DNA of 64,000 nt from Polyangiales bacterium (GCA_049645265.1 JBARTN010000303.1:7907-71906), one strand, 5' to 3'. Positions 1 to 10,026 are shown, counted from the first letter of the stretch. Numbers and translations are program-made. The notes: generated from the sequence alone by a model not told the origin.

Positions 1-463
1 TGCGAAGGGCCTTCTCGTAGCTTGCAAGGCTGGAGCTGTAGATGGGATCCATCTGCTCGAGCATCCGGTCGAGGAACGCGCGCCGCTTATCCGCCGGACC
101 CGATGCCAGCACCAAATCTCCCGGATGGAAGAGCACCATGCGAACGGCCTGATACCAGGCGCTGGTCGAACGCGGACGTTTGCCATCGAGCTCCAGGCGT
201 CTTCGCTGCGAACGGCTGATCTCGATCCGCAGCTTGTGGGGCGCCGGCCCTCCTTCGAGCCTCGCTTCGAGCAAGGCCTCGTCTGCGCTGAGTGTGATCA
301 GGTCTTCGGTTTTTGCGCCGCGAAAGCTCTTGAGGGCGCCCAGGTAATGAATCGCTTCGAGAAGGTTCGACTTTCCGGCTCCGTTGTCTCCGTGGATGAC
401 GTTGAAGTGCGAACCCGGCTCGAACGCCGGCAATTGGAGATTGCGAAAACCTCGAGCACGCAT
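1..463 (-). CDS. recF: DNA replication/repair protein RecF, N-terminal part (gene runs off the left edge)
   Basis: Manual minus-strand translation from the ATG at 463-461 gives MRARGFRNLQLPAFEPGSHFNVIHGDNGAGKSNLLEAIHYLGALKSF..., with Walker A GxxGxGKS. It lies directly downstream of dnaN in the canonical dnaA-dnaN-recF order. It is absent from the ORF track because it is open at the window edge. Confidence 0.85.
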   Translation of the reverse strand, partial: MRARGFRNLQLPAFEPGSHFNVIHGDNGAGKSNLLEAIHYLGALKSFRGAKTEDLITLSADEALLEARLEGGPAPHKLRIEISRSQRRRLELDGKRPRSTSAWYQAVRMVLFHPGDLVLASGPADKRRAFLDRMLEQMDPIYSSSLASYEKALR

Positions 464-528
464 GGCAGTCACCCGGCTTGGCGTTTCAGCGCTACGCGAG
501 TCGGAGGTCAACGCCCTGTCCTGTTCTA

Positions 529-1665
529 CTAGATGCGCATGGGCATGATCACGCCGATGAAGTCGGAGTTGTCTCCAACTGGCTTCAGAACGCCAGGGTC
601 GCGCTCGCCGCTGAGCTCGATTGCGATTTCGTCGTGCGTGAGTGCACTCAGTGCATCCAGCAAGTATCGCGCGTTGAAACCGATTCGAAGCTCGTCACCA
701 GCGTAGTCGACGTCGACCTCTTCGCTGCCCTCTCCCACTTCGGGGTTCTGGCTCTGCAAACGCAGCACACCAGGCTCGATGGTCAGCTGCACGCCACCGC
801 TCTTGTCGTTGGCCACCAAGCTGATGCGCCTCAGCGCCTCGACGAGTGGTCCACGCGCGGCAATGACCGTCCGACTTTGCTTGCTCGGAATGACCTTGTC
901 ATAGGGCGGAAAGTTTTCGTCTGCGAGCTTTACGTTTAGGCAGAGGTCATCCCGAAGAAAGAACGCATTGCCGCCCGCCGTGGCGACTCCAATGGTGAAA
1001 GGCTCTTCGCCTTTGCCCTTGCCCCCTTTGACATCATCGAGAAGCCGCTTGAGCTCGCTGATGCCCTTGTGCGGAACGAGCATACTGAAGTTCATCATCG
1101 AGCCTTTTCCACTGATTTTGCGCTCGGCTTTCGAAAGACGATGGCCATCGGTGGTGACCATGCGGACCATCTTCCCATCGCCTTCGAACAGTGTCCCTGC
1201 GAGGTGCGGCCGCGTATCATCGTGAGACATCGAGTACTGGGTCAGCGAGATCAGCTCTGCGAGAACCCCCGCATCGAGATGGGCGAAATCTGCATCACCC
1301 GGATTCGGCAATGGTGGAAAGTCTTCGCCGGGCATCGCAGGGATGCGATAGCGGACCTTGCCGCAACTGAGCTCGACTGCATGGCTGTCGCTGAGCTTCC
1401 AGCTCACCTCACCATCTGGAAGGTTCTTGACGATGTCGAACAGCGTTCGTGCTGCAACTGCAATCGTTCCGCCCTTCTTGATGTTTGCTGGAACGACCGC
1501 AGTGACTCCAAGATACAAATCGGTTGCAGACAAACGAAGACGGTCGGGCCCTTCGGCCGTTAGCAACACATTCGACAAGATGTGCATCGAGCTTTTGCGG
1601 TCAGCTACACCGTGAGTACGCACAAGGCCACGGAGGAACTGCTGCTTATCGATCGTGAGCTCCAT
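529..1665 (-). CDS. dnaN: DNA polymerase III beta sliding clamp
   Basis: 378-aa ORF of typical length. It has a DnaN-like N-terminus (MELTIDKQQFLRGL...ILSNVLL...LRLSATDL) and C-terminus (...IGVIMPMRI). It sits between dnaA and recF. Confidence 0.95.
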   Translation of the reverse strand: MELTIDKQQFLRGLVRTHGVADRKSSMHILSNVLLTAEGPDRLRLSATDLYLGVTAVVPANIKKGGTIAVAARTLFDIVKNLPDGEVSWKLSDSHAVELSCGKVRYRIPAMPGEDFPPLPNPGDADFAHLDAGVLAELISLTQYSMSHDDTRPHLAGTLFEGDGKMVRMVTTDGHRLSKAERKISGKGSMMNFSMLVPHKGISELKRLLDDVKGGKGKGEEPFTIGVATAGGNAFFLRDDLCLNVKLADENFPPYDKVIPSKQSRTVIAARGPLVEALRRISLVANDKSGGVQLTIEPGVLRLQSQNPEVGEGSEEVDVDYAGDELRIGFNARYLLDALSALTHDEIAIELSGERDPGVLKPVGDNSDFIGVIMPMRI

Positions 1666-2009
1666 GTTTCGTTCACTTCCTAGAAGACTGTGTCTGTGTA
1701 TCCACCGCGTTAGATCTATTAATTTAAAAATTCGTAGTCGTCTTAACAGCTGTGAATTGTGGATGAAGCAAGGTAAGCGGTTGAGAGAACAGGGCTTTGG
1801 CTGGTTTTCGAACCGGGGGTTGATCCTGAGCGAACCGGGGATAAGCGAACCCTTGGTCAGTCCACAGGGGCCTTCCCCAGCTTGATCTCAGCTTGAGCAC
1901 AGGCGCTGGTATACACCAAAATCCGGCTGAAGGCTCAGGCCAGCGAAGCCTCCCCTAGAAGCCTGAAGTGCTACGGAAACGCTACTCATCGGACGGCTGC
2001 GCCTGCGCA
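1666..2009. promoter_or_regulatory. dnaA-dnaN intergenic region with an AT-rich tract and DnaA-box-like sites (candidate oriC/DUE or dnaN control region)
   Basis: 344-bp non-coding gap. The AT-rich tract tagatctattaatttaaaaattcg (1711-1734) is exceptional for this GC-rich window. DnaA-box-like 9-mers: gtatccacc (1698-1706, 2 mismatches to TTATCCACA) and tgtggatga (1758-1766, 1 mismatch to TGTGGATAA). Confidence 0.4.
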
Positions 2010-3368
2010 TCAGATGCCAAGCTTGCGCTCGATTGCACCTACGGCGCCGAGGACACGTTCGTCCTGGTCTTCCATCAGCCCACCGATCTTTCGAACGGCG
2101 CTGAGGACCGTGGTGTGATCCTTGCCACCGAAGCGTTCGCCAAGCTCGGGGTAGCTCGTCCCAAGGCGCTGCCGGCAAATGTACATCGCGATCATTCGGG
2201 GAAAGCTCACGGCACGGTGGCGCCGTCGGGACTTGATGTCGGCGAGACGGATCCCGAAATAACCGCATACGATCCGCTGAATGTCTTCGACCGTCATTGC
2301 CGTGTCCTGATTCGGCAACACCGCCCGCATCGTTTCTTTGGCCAGCTCGAGGTCCATGGGAAGGCCCAGGAGCTCCGCCTTCACGGCGACCCGAAGAAGG
2401 GTGCCTTCGAGCTCGCGAACGTTGCTACGGACGGTTTGGGCCAAGAAGAGAGCGACCTCGCCCGGAAGCTCGATGCTCTCGCTCTCCGCCTTCTGCTGCA
2501 GGATGGCAATTCGGGTATCGAGCTCGGGCGCCTGGACGTCGGCAACCATGCCGGACTGAAAGCGGCTGACCAAACGTTCCTGCATTTCAGAAATCTGGTG
2601 CGGATATACATCGGACGTCACGACGATCTGTTTGTCCGAGTGGTAAAGAGCGTTGAACGTGTGGAAGAACTCCTCTTGCGTCTGCTCGCGGCCCGCCAGG
2701 AACTGGATGTCGTCCATGAGTAGAACGTCGCACTGCGTGCGGTACCGCTTCCGGAAAGAGTTGATTTCGTGGTTTTGCAAGGACCAAATGAACTCGTTGG
2801 TGAATCGCTCCGCCGAGACGTAGAGGGTTCGTGCGCGCGGATTTCGCTGCAGGATCGCATGGCCGATCGCATTGACCAAATGCGTCTTGCCGAGGCCGAC
2901 GCCTCCGTAGATGAAGAGCGGGTTGTAGCGACGTCCAGGGTCGGAGCCACAGGCCACGCTCGCGGCATGCGCGAGTTGATTGGCAGGGCCGACGACGAAA
3001 TTCTTGAAGCGATACTTCGGGTTGAGGTCCGCGGAGTCCGGAGGTTTTGGTGTTGCTCGCGGCGCGCGCGGAGCCGGCGGTGGGGTCGTTTCGCGTGCAG
3101 CCTGTGCCTTTTCACGCAGGGATTCGTCGAGCTCCCAGCGAACCTTTTTCGGCATGTGTGTTTCGCCAGCCTCGGCTTGCAAGGTGTCGAGAATCAGGTC
3201 GAGGTAGTGCGCTGCAATCCACTCAGCGAAGAACTGATTCGGAATCTTGAGAACGATGGAGTCACTCTCGATGCCACCGAATTGAACGGGCTGTAGCCAG
3301 GTTTCGAAGTTCTCGGCCGAGAGTTGCGCCTTCAGAGTGCCCAACGCTTGTTCCCACAGTTGTTCCAT
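2010..3368 (-). CDS. dnaA: Chromosomal replication initiator protein DnaA
   Basis: 452-aa ORF with Walker A GGVGLGKTHL, Walker B LLMDDIQF, and a C-terminal DNA-binding domain (...IAMYICRQ...SYPELGERFGGKDHTTVLSAVRKI). Confidence 0.97.
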   Translation of the reverse strand: MEQLWEQALGTLKAQLSAENFETWLQPVQFGGIESDSIVLKIPNQFFAEWIAAHYLDLILDTLQAEAGETHMPKKVRWELDESLREKAQAARETTPPPAPRAPRATPKPPDSADLNPKYRFKNFVVGPANQLAHAASVACGSDPGRRYNPLFIYGGVGLGKTHLVNAIGHAILQRNPRARTLYVSAERFTNEFIWSLQNHEINSFRKRYRTQCDVLLMDDIQFLAGREQTQEEFFHTFNALYHSDKQIVVTSDVYPHQISEMQERLVSRFQSGMVADVQAPELDTRIAILQQKAESESIELPGEVALFLAQTVRSNVRELEGTLLRVAVKAELLGLPMDLELAKETMRAVLPNQDTAMTVEDIQRIVCGYFGIRLADIKSRRRHRAVSFPRMIAMYICRQRLGTSYPELGERFGGKDHTTVLSAVRKIGGLMEDQDERVLGAVGAIERKLGI

Positions 3369-3816
3369 CGAGCCCTAACCCTCCAATAACGCGCAGTTGC
3401 GCGTCCACGTCCACAAGCAATCCACACCTTGCTAGCGACGAGCAATCATACCCGTTCCATTGATTTCCGCCGACCTTGGCGACCGCCGACCCGTCTCATC
3501 CGACTGAAGGGCGCCGAAGCTAGCAGTGAGTCTCGGAGGCGTCTACGAGGATCGACAAACTAATTTCTAACCACTTGTGATCGCGAAAGATTCGCACGCA
3601 GTTTTTTTGACAGAAGCCCGTGTTGCGTTACGCGTTGTTTCACAGCTGTTGACAAGCTGTTGCAATCATTCCGAATTACGTCTTGTTATCGTTTGCGCAA
3701 CATGCGTCACATCACGACACTCATTTCTTCCACAAGTCTTTGCATTTTTCGACTGGCGAGATCGCTCGCGAACGACGCGACTTGTGGCTCTCTTCCACAG
3801 CTTATCCACTGACTAC
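3369..3816. promoter_or_regulatory. Region upstream of dnaA with a DnaA-box cluster (dnaA autoregulation and/or oriC)
   Basis: 448-bp gap that looks lower in GC than its surroundings. DnaA-box-like 9-mers: caatccaca (3418-3426), tcttccaca (3726-3734), tcttccaca (3791-3799) and ttatccact (3802-3810, 1 mismatch). ORFs predicted here (for example 3577-4035) have no protein-like features. Confidence 0.45.
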
Positions 3817-4806
3817 TCACGATATTTCCGTTGGGTTTCGTACGAACGCGTTCACCTTCTCCCACTGAGCGTAGAGCCAGCGCAGCCGTTCATCCACCGC
3901 CGTAGGAATGTCGTTTGCGTCCACACGCCACAACTGAACATGCACTGTCGACCCAACGATTTCGCCGCTCAAGAGGTCCTTGAGTTTCGCAAATGCTTCG
4001 AGCCCAGTGTGACTGAGGACGACGCAGTCAACTGAAGGGAGCTCTTCGAGTAGGGTCAGCACGCCGGCGGGCTTCGGTGGAAGCACGTGGGTGAGCTCGC
4101 GCGCCGCAGCGAAGAGCGGCGAAGCCTCCGCTTCGAGCTTCCGAAGCGCCTTTTCACGCTTTTTGGCGGAAAAACGGGTTCCCTCGGGGAATATGAGCAC
4201 GCCGTCGGGTCCGAGATCTTGGACCAGCGCCCGCATCCCTTCGAGCTCTCGTTCAACGTCGCCGGTCCGGTCTACGAAATAGTTGGGCAAGGCGTTGCCG
4301 ACGATGTCGATACAAGGATCGAACAAGAGCTCCTGCTTCAGGACATAGCGAACCCGATAATCATGGGGTCGCTGAACAAAGACGCTTGGCAGGAGCGTAT
4401 CGAGAATGCTCGCATGGCGAACCAGCAGAATCGTAGGCCCGGGCATCGCGCAGTCGGCACCGGCGACGATGAATTTCATGTGGAGCGCCCTCGCGGCGAC
4501 GCTCAAGCTCAAGTTCGCCCACCAGGCTTGGAGTCGATAGAGACCACGTAGGCGCGGCTCGCCGCTTGTCCGCGTCACAAAGGTCCACGCAATCAGCACT
4601 AGCGCTATCAGCTCCACGCCGAAGTAGAACCAGGCAAAGAGCAAGAGCCTCAGAACGATGAACGAGCGACGCCGGGCTAGACCGACCAGGAGCGCAAGCA
4701 CGAGCCAGAGCGGGCTCAGCAAGGTGAGCGAGAGCCACGACAGCGCGTAGATCGACGTAGTGACCACGCGCCGTCGGATCGGACCGCGCTTTGCTGGCTT
4801 CACCAT
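3817..4806 (-). CDS. Lysophospholipid (1-acyl-sn-glycerol-3-phosphate) acyltransferase family membrane protein
   Basis: 329-aa ORF with N-terminal TM helices. It carries the acyltransferase motif I HxxxxD (VRHASILDT) and motif III FPEGTR. Confidence 0.8.
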   Translation of the reverse strand: MVKPAKRGPIRRRVVTTSIYALSWLSLTLLSPLWLVLALLVGLARRRSFIVLRLLLFAWFYFGVELIALVLIAWTFVTRTSGEPRLRGLYRLQAWWANLSLSVAARALHMKFIVAGADCAMPGPTILLVRHASILDTLLPSVFVQRPHDYRVRYVLKQELLFDPCIDIVGNALPNYFVDRTGDVERELEGMRALVQDLGPDGVLIFPEGTRFSAKKREKALRKLEAEASPLFAAARELTHVLPPKPAGVLTLLEELPSVDCVVLSHTGLEAFAKLKDLLSGEIVGSTVHVQLWRVDANDIPTAVDERLRWLYAQWEKVNAFVRNPTEIS

Positions 4807-4815
4807 GCCTGCAGG

Positions 4816-4956
4816 CTAGCTGGCTTCAGCAAGGCCGGACAGGGTGCCGGCCCAGCCCGGGTGCATCGAGTGAACCACGACCCCACGCTTTCGCAGGGCC
4901 TCCACCCAAAGCTCGGTCAAGATGACCTGCCCGCGATTTCGCAGCGCAATGCTGTG
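4816..4956 (-). pseudogene. Short-chain dehydrogenase remnant (DHRS12-like C-terminal fragment)
   Basis: The last ~46 codons of ORF 4816-5154 read HSIALRNRGQVILTELWVEALRKRGVVVHSMHPGWAGT. This resembles the post-YxxxK/HPGW(A/V)DT block of SDRs, but the Tyr/Lys positions are substituted. No Rossmann TGxxxGxG lies upstream, and the ORF ends ~10 aa after HPGW. Confidence 0.35.
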
Positions 4957-5060
4957 CTGGGAAGAATGCGCGGCGCCCTGGCGTTCATGTCTTTGTTGCG
5001 TCGGGGTCGACAATTTGGAAGGGTGATCCATCGCTGTTAGCTTCCGCGGGAGTACGACCC

Positions 5061-6011
5061 ATGGGGGGAACACAAGCTTTCTGGGCGACGGTGATCGTTG
5101 GTCTCCTGTCCGCCCTGTACCCGGCGACATCCGCGCTGGCGCAGACGCAGGCACCTTCGGGTGCAGGTGGCCCAGGGGATCCTGCGCTCGTTCCCACTGA
5201 GGACACGCTCGAAACCACCTACGGCCTGGCGATGGGCGCGGGTGTACGCGCAGGCGCCACGGCGATCTCCGCGCTTGCGTACAACACGTCGAACATGGCT
5301 GCGGTCAGCACCTACCACGTCGAGGCCTTCAGCCAGATCATCCCAGGTAGCAAAAGCAATGGTGGAACGTACTGGACCATCGGTAGCTCGATCACGGACT
5401 CGACCACCAGCAAAAAGATCGCGATGGGCACGAGCTTCCGATACATATTCAGCGGCGACCGTCGGAACTATGAGGGCTGGGATTGGCGCTCCGGCATCGG
5501 GGTTCAAGCCATCCCCCAGCTCGGCCTCGGTATAGGCTTTCGATGGGGTCGGTTGAAATCGAGCCGCTTCGAAGGACAGCGCCTCGGACCTTCGTTCGAC
5601 GGCATCACACTCGACGCGTCGATCACCATCACCCCCATCCCCTGGCTCAAGCTCGCGGGCCTCGGGTACAACCTGATCAAGACATACTCCGCGATCGCGC
5701 CGCAGATGGCCGGCGGCAGCGTCGCCCTCACCCCGATCGAGGCCTTCACCATCGGCGGTGACATGCTCTTCGATTTCACGACCTTCCAGAAGAACGAGCT
5801 GATCGCGGGAGCGGGCGTGAGCTACATCGCGGCCGAGATGGTCCCGCTTCGCTTTGGCTACCGCCGGGATCAAGGCCGCAACCTGAACCAGATCACCGCC
5901 GGCGCTGGCTTCAACAAGGGTAAGGTCGGCGCCGAAATGGCGCTCCGGCAGGACATCGGCGCACGCAAAGAGACCTACCTGCTCTTCATGTTCCGCTTCG
6001 TCGTACAGTAG
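5061..6011 (+). CDS. Secreted protein, putative outer-membrane beta-barrel
   Basis: 316-aa ORF with a signal peptide (...LLSALYPATSALA/QT). The mature part is Gly/Ser/Thr/aromatic-rich with an alternating pattern, and the C-terminus is aromatic (LLFMFRFVVQ). No family recognised. Confidence 0.5.
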   Translation: MGGTQAFWATVIVGLLSALYPATSALAQTQAPSGAGGPGDPALVPTEDTLETTYGLAMGAGVRAGATAISALAYNTSNMAAVSTYHVEAFSQIIPGSKSNGGTYWTIGSSITDSTTSKKIAMGTSFRYIFSGDRRNYEGWDWRSGIGVQAIPQLGLGIGFRWGRLKSSRFEGQRLGPSFDGITLDASITITPIPWLKLAGLGYNLIKTYSAIAPQMAGGSVALTPIEAFTIGGDMLFDFTTFQKNELIAGAGVSYIAAEMVPLRFGYRRDQGRNLNQITAGAGFNKGKVGAEMALRQDIGARKETYLLFMFRFVVQ

Positions 6012-6014
6012 CCG

Positions 6015-6818
6015 CTACGGTGACGACTGCTTGCTTCGAGTGAAGCCTAAATGGAGCAGCCCGGGCATGTGGCGGCCGGCAAACGCCGCGGCCTTGCCGT
6101 GCACGGTGAAGGTGAACTCGCGTTTGCGTTTCGCGATTGCATCGACCATCACGCGGGCGGCTCGATCGGCGGGCCACATCAGGTTCTTCGGGCGTCGGTC
6201 TTCGCGCGCGCCATCGAACCGTCCCTGGTTGTCGACTTGAGCGATCTCGCTTTCGATGTAGCCCGGATGGATGGTCGTGCAGCTGACGCCGCTACCGTGA
6301 AGCTCCATGGCGAGCACCTGTCCGATGGCACGCACCGCGTACTTCGATGCCGAGTAGGCGCCGGCTCCGGGCGTGCTCATCATCGCGGTCACGCTGCCGA
6401 TGAGCGCAAGGCGGCCCTTGCGTTCTCGCAGGTGCGGGATCGCGTATCGCGCGGTCATCGCGGCGCCGATGACGTTGACGTCGAGCTGGCGCCGCCAGTC
6501 GGCAGCCGAGAGCTTTTCGATCCGCCCTGCGACCGAAAAACCGGCGTTGGCAACCGCGACATCGAGGCCGCCTAGACCTCGCACCACCTTTCGAACCGCT
6601 TCGGCGACCGACGCCTCGTCCGCGACGTCACATCGGACGGCCAGCCCTTTGGCTCCCAGTGATTCGAGCTCCTGGACCACTTCTTGAAGCCGTTCTTCGC
6701 GCCTGCCGGACACCGCGACCGCCGCGCCTTCTTTGGCGAAAGCCACCGCAAGCGCACGGCCGATCCCGCTGCCCCCGCCGGTGATCCAAACGACTTTGTT
6801 TTCGAAACGCTTGGCCAT
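6015..6818 (-). CDS. Short-chain dehydrogenase/reductase (SDR)
   Basis: Rossmann motif VVWITGGGSGIGRA, NAG motif VANAG, and catalytic Y-x3-K (YSASKYAV). The likely start is MAKRFENK (6818) rather than the ORF-track start at 6854. Confidence 0.9.
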   Translation of the reverse strand: MAKRFENKVVWITGGGSGIGRALAVAFAKEGAAVAVSGRREERLQEVVQELESLGAKGLAVRCDVADEASVAEAVRKVVRGLGGLDVAVANAGFSVAGRIEKLSAADWRRQLDVNVIGAAMTARYAIPHLRERKGRLALIGSVTAMMSTPGAGAYSASKYAVRAIGQVLAMELHGSGVSCTTIHPGYIESEIAQVDNQGRFDGAREDRRPKNLMWPADRAARVMVDAIAKRKREFTFTVHGKAAAFAGRHMPGLLHLGFTRSKQSSP

Positions 6819-6867
6819 GATCTGCGCGTAGCAGCTCCCCGAGCGGCTTGCCACGGGCCGGGGCCGG

Positions 6868-9800
6868 CTATTCTGCCGTCGTATCGATGGGCTCGTCTGC
6901 GGCCGCGGCGCCCGGGTCGGTAGCCCAGCGGGTCAGCGGCGCGAACCGATGCGAGAGACGCCGGGCGATATCGACGTCGAGCCGGTACAGGCAGGGAACC
7001 ACCAATAGCGTAAGCAGCGTCGAGAAGGTCAGGCCGTAGACGATCACCTGGGCCATAGGCGCCAGGTGAGGAAGGCTTTCGGTCGCCAGCGACAGAGGAA
7101 AAAGCCCTGCAATCGTGGTGATGCTGGTCAGGAAGATCGGCCGAAGGCGCAGCTTCGCGGACTCGACGATGGCCTCATCGAGCGTCAGGCCGCGAGCCCG
7201 CCGTTTGTTGATGAAGTCGACCAGCACGAGCGAGTCGTTGACGACGATTCCGGTGAGCCCGACCACACCGACCAGTGCGATCAAGCCAATCGCATTGGGG
7301 CTGAGCAAGACGCCACCGGTTACGCCGATGAGCGACAGCGGAATGGCGGCCATCACGACCAGGGGTTGGGAGAAGCTCTGAAACTGGGTCGCCAAGATCG
7401 TGTAGATCAGCAACATCGCGACGATGAACGCTCGGAAGAGCGAATCCACCGACTCCTGCGTCTCCTCGAACTGCCCGCCGTACTCGAACCGAATGTCGGG
7501 GTTCGCAGCTTCGAGCGTTGCCAAGTTCTTCTGGAGCGTCGAATTCACCTCTCCGCTGTTGGTCGCGTCCTCGTCGATTCCGGAAAGAACGCTCACGACC
7601 CGCTTCTGTTGGTAGCGGCGGATCACACCCGGGCCCCGGCCGTGTGAGATTTCTGCAATTTCACGAATGGCCACTTCATCGCCGTTGGGCGCGATCAGTT
7701 GCAGGGAGGCGATGCGAGCAGGGTCTTCCTGCACGTCTTCTCGCAGCTGGACGAGGATGTCGATCTCGTCGTCGCCTTGGCGCAGCGTCGATGCGGGAGT
7801 CGCTCCGAACGCGCTGCGCAGCCACCGGCTGACCATCTCCGGCGTGAGGCCATGAAGCGCCGCGCGCTGCTCGTCGACTCTGATCTGAAGCTCCTGCTTG
7901 CCGAGCTCGTAGTCGTGGCTCGCGTTGCGCGTGCCCGGAGTGAGGCGAACCTCGGCAAGCACCTGCTCGGCCAGCTCGACCAGGCGTTCGTAGTCTTCCC
8001 CGCGGATACGCACAGCGACCGGAGCGCCCCTCGGCGGACCGGCTCTCACTTCGACGATCTCGAGGCGCGCCGGGCCCACGACGTCGTCGTAGAGCGCGCT
8101 GACCTGCGCGACGAGATCACGACCGGCGTGCAGGCTGCTGCGTTCGGTGACCGGAACGACGAAGACCGTAACCATACCGAGATGGTCGCCCGAGCTGAGC
8201 CCCATGTCGGTGCGGGTCATGCCGCGAACGGCCACGGTGGCTTCCACGTCTGGATTCTCGAGGGCCATGATGCGCGCGTCGAGCTCGGCGAGAAGCGCCT
8301 CGGTTTCCTCTTTGGACGCGTCGGTAGGCATGTGGATCCGAACGTCGAACATGTTCGGATCGCCTTCGGTCAAGAGGATCACGTCCTTCACGTTGAACGC
8401 AATGGCAACCATCAACGCACAGAGGGCGTACGTGGCGAAGACGACCCTCGCCCGATGCTGAAGCGACCAGCGGAGCGTCCGTTCGTAGGCGACCAGAATG
8501 CGAGCGCTGGCCCGCTGTAGGCGGGTTTTCGGAGGAGCTGACTCGCTGTTCTTGGGATGGGAAAGCTTTCCGAAATCGGCCATGTGGCTCGGCAGAATGA
8601 ACATCGCTTCGATCAGCGATGCTGCGAGCGAGGCTACGACGACCTTGGGAATGATTGAAAAGGCATCTCCCAGAACGCCTTCCATCATGAGCAGAGGCAA
8701 GAACGCAGCCCAGCTGGTGAGCGTGGAGGCGACGACGGGCCAGAAGACTTCCTCGGTGCCGAGGACGGCGGCCTTCCGCCTCGGCATCCCCTCTTCCATG
8801 TGCCGGTAGATGTTCTCGATGATGATGATCGCGTCGTCGACCACTACGCCGAGGCACAGGATCAAGGCCATGAGCGACATCATGTTGATCGTGATGCCCA
8901 TCATGTGCATCGCGATGACCGCACCGGCTAGCGCGACCGGAAGACCGATGGCAGCCATCATGGCGTTGCGTGCGCCGATCGACACCCAGAGGAGAAGCAG
9001 AACGAGCAAGAGCCCCAACCCAGCGTTCGTGTAGAGCGTGCCGAGGGAGTGCTCTACCTCCGCGGCAGCGTCGCCGAACAAGTCGATCTCGACTCCTGGC
9101 GGAAGGCTCGGGCTCATGCGAGCGACCAGCGCACGCACGTCCTCGCTTATCTGAACACTGTCCGCCTGCTCTTCCTTGCGAACCGTGAGGACGATTGCAG
9201 GCTCGCCGTTCACCCGTCCGCTGAACTTGCCAGCCGCAAAGGTGTCCGAAACTTCGGCAACGTCGCCAACCCGAACCGAGCCACCAGCCGGATCGGGTCG
9301 GATCACCACGCCGGAAAGCTCGTTCACGTCGTCGACTCGGGTCATCCCACGCACGAGCCGGGCATCGCCTTCACCCTTCGTCGTCCCCGCGGGAACGTTG
9401 GCAGCCCTGAAGCGAAGCGCATCGCTCACCGCGGTGAGGGGAATCTGGTACGCGGCAAGCCGGTCAGGATCGACATCGACCCGGAATTCCCGGTCTCGAA
9501 TGCCATTGCGCCAGATGCCCGACACCCCAGGCAGCCGTTCGATTCGTTCCGCCAGGTCTTTGCCGACTTGGCGCAGGACGACTTCCGGCACCTCGCCGCG
9601 AATCGCAACCGCGAGCGTGGGGAAATCGACTTTGACTTCACGCACGACAGGGCGCTCCGCGTCGACCGGCAAATCATCGATGCGGTTGATCTCGTTCGAG
9701 ATCTCCATGATCGCGCTGGTAATGTCCTCGACGTCATCATCCAAATGGAAGCTGACGTACGAAACGCCTTCTTTGGACACGCCCCAAATCTCTTCGACCT

Positions 9801-10026
9801 TGTCGACGTCGCCGACCGCGTTTTCGATCGGGATCGTGACCAGCTGTTCGATTTCTTCGGGCGAGGCACCCACGTAGATCGTGGTGACGTTTCCCCAACC
9901 GGTTGGCAGCGTCGGCAAGGACTCCCGGTGCATCACGCTCATGACCATCGCTCCGACCAGCACGGCCGAGATCGCCACGATATTGACGAGCACGGGCTGG
10001 CGAACGGAGAAGGCGGGGATGCTCAT
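6868..10026 (-). CDS. RND efflux transporter permease (AcrB/CzcA superfamily)
   Basis: 1052-aa ORF with the 12-TM/two-large-loop RND architecture. The N-terminus is typical (MSIPAFSVRQPVLVNIVAISAVLVG). It overlaps the upstream MFP gene by 4 nt. Confidence 0.93.
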   Translation of the reverse strand: MSIPAFSVRQPVLVNIVAISAVLVGAMVMSVMHRESLPTLPTGWGNVTTIYVGASPEEIEQLVTIPIENAVGDVDKVEEIWGVSKEGVSYVSFHLDDDVEDITSAIMEISNEINRIDDLPVDAERPVVREVKVDFPTLAVAIRGEVPEVVLRQVGKDLAERIERLPGVSGIWRNGIRDREFRVDVDPDRLAAYQIPLTAVSDALRFRAANVPAGTTKGEGDARLVRGMTRVDDVNELSGVVIRPDPAGGSVRVGDVAEVSDTFAAGKFSGRVNGEPAIVLTVRKEEQADSVQISEDVRALVARMSPSLPPGVEIDLFGDAAAEVEHSLGTLYTNAGLGLLLVLLLLWVSIGARNAMMAAIGLPVALAGAVIAMHMMGITINMMSLMALILCLGVVVDDAIIIIENIYRHMEEGMPRRKAAVLGTEEVFWPVVASTLTSWAAFLPLLMMEGVLGDAFSIIPKVVVASLAASLIEAMFILPSHMADFGKLSHPKNSESAPPKTRLQRASARILVAYERTLRWSLQHRARVVFATYALCALMVAIAFNVKDVILLTEGDPNMFDVRIHMPTDASKEETEALLAELDARIMALENPDVEATVAVRGMTRTDMGLSSGDHLGMVTVFVVPVTERSSLHAGRDLVAQVSALYDDVVGPARLEIVEVRAGPPRGAPVAVRIRGEDYERLVELAEQVLAEVRLTPGTRNASHDYELGKQELQIRVDEQRAALHGLTPEMVSRWLRSAFGATPASTLRQGDDEIDILVQLREDVQEDPARIASLQLIAPNGDEVAIREIAEISHGRGPGVIRRYQQKRVVSVLSGIDEDATNSGEVNSTLQKNLATLEAANPDIRFEYGGQFEETQESVDSLFRAFIVAMLLIYTILATQFQSFSQPLVVMAAIPLSLIGVTGGVLLSPNAIGLIALVGVVGLTGIVVNDSLVLVDFINKRRARGLTLDEAIVESAKLRLRPIFLTSITTIAGLFPLSLATESLPHLAPMAQVIVYGLTFSTLLTLLVVPCLYRLDVDIARRLSHRFAPLTRWATDPGAAAADEPIDTTAE

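Noticed and set aside
3577-4035. 152-aa and 61-aa ORFs in the region upstream of dnaA
   Set aside because: They lie in the lower-GC, DnaA-box-containing non-coding region and run into the antisense of the acyltransferase gene. They have no protein-like features.
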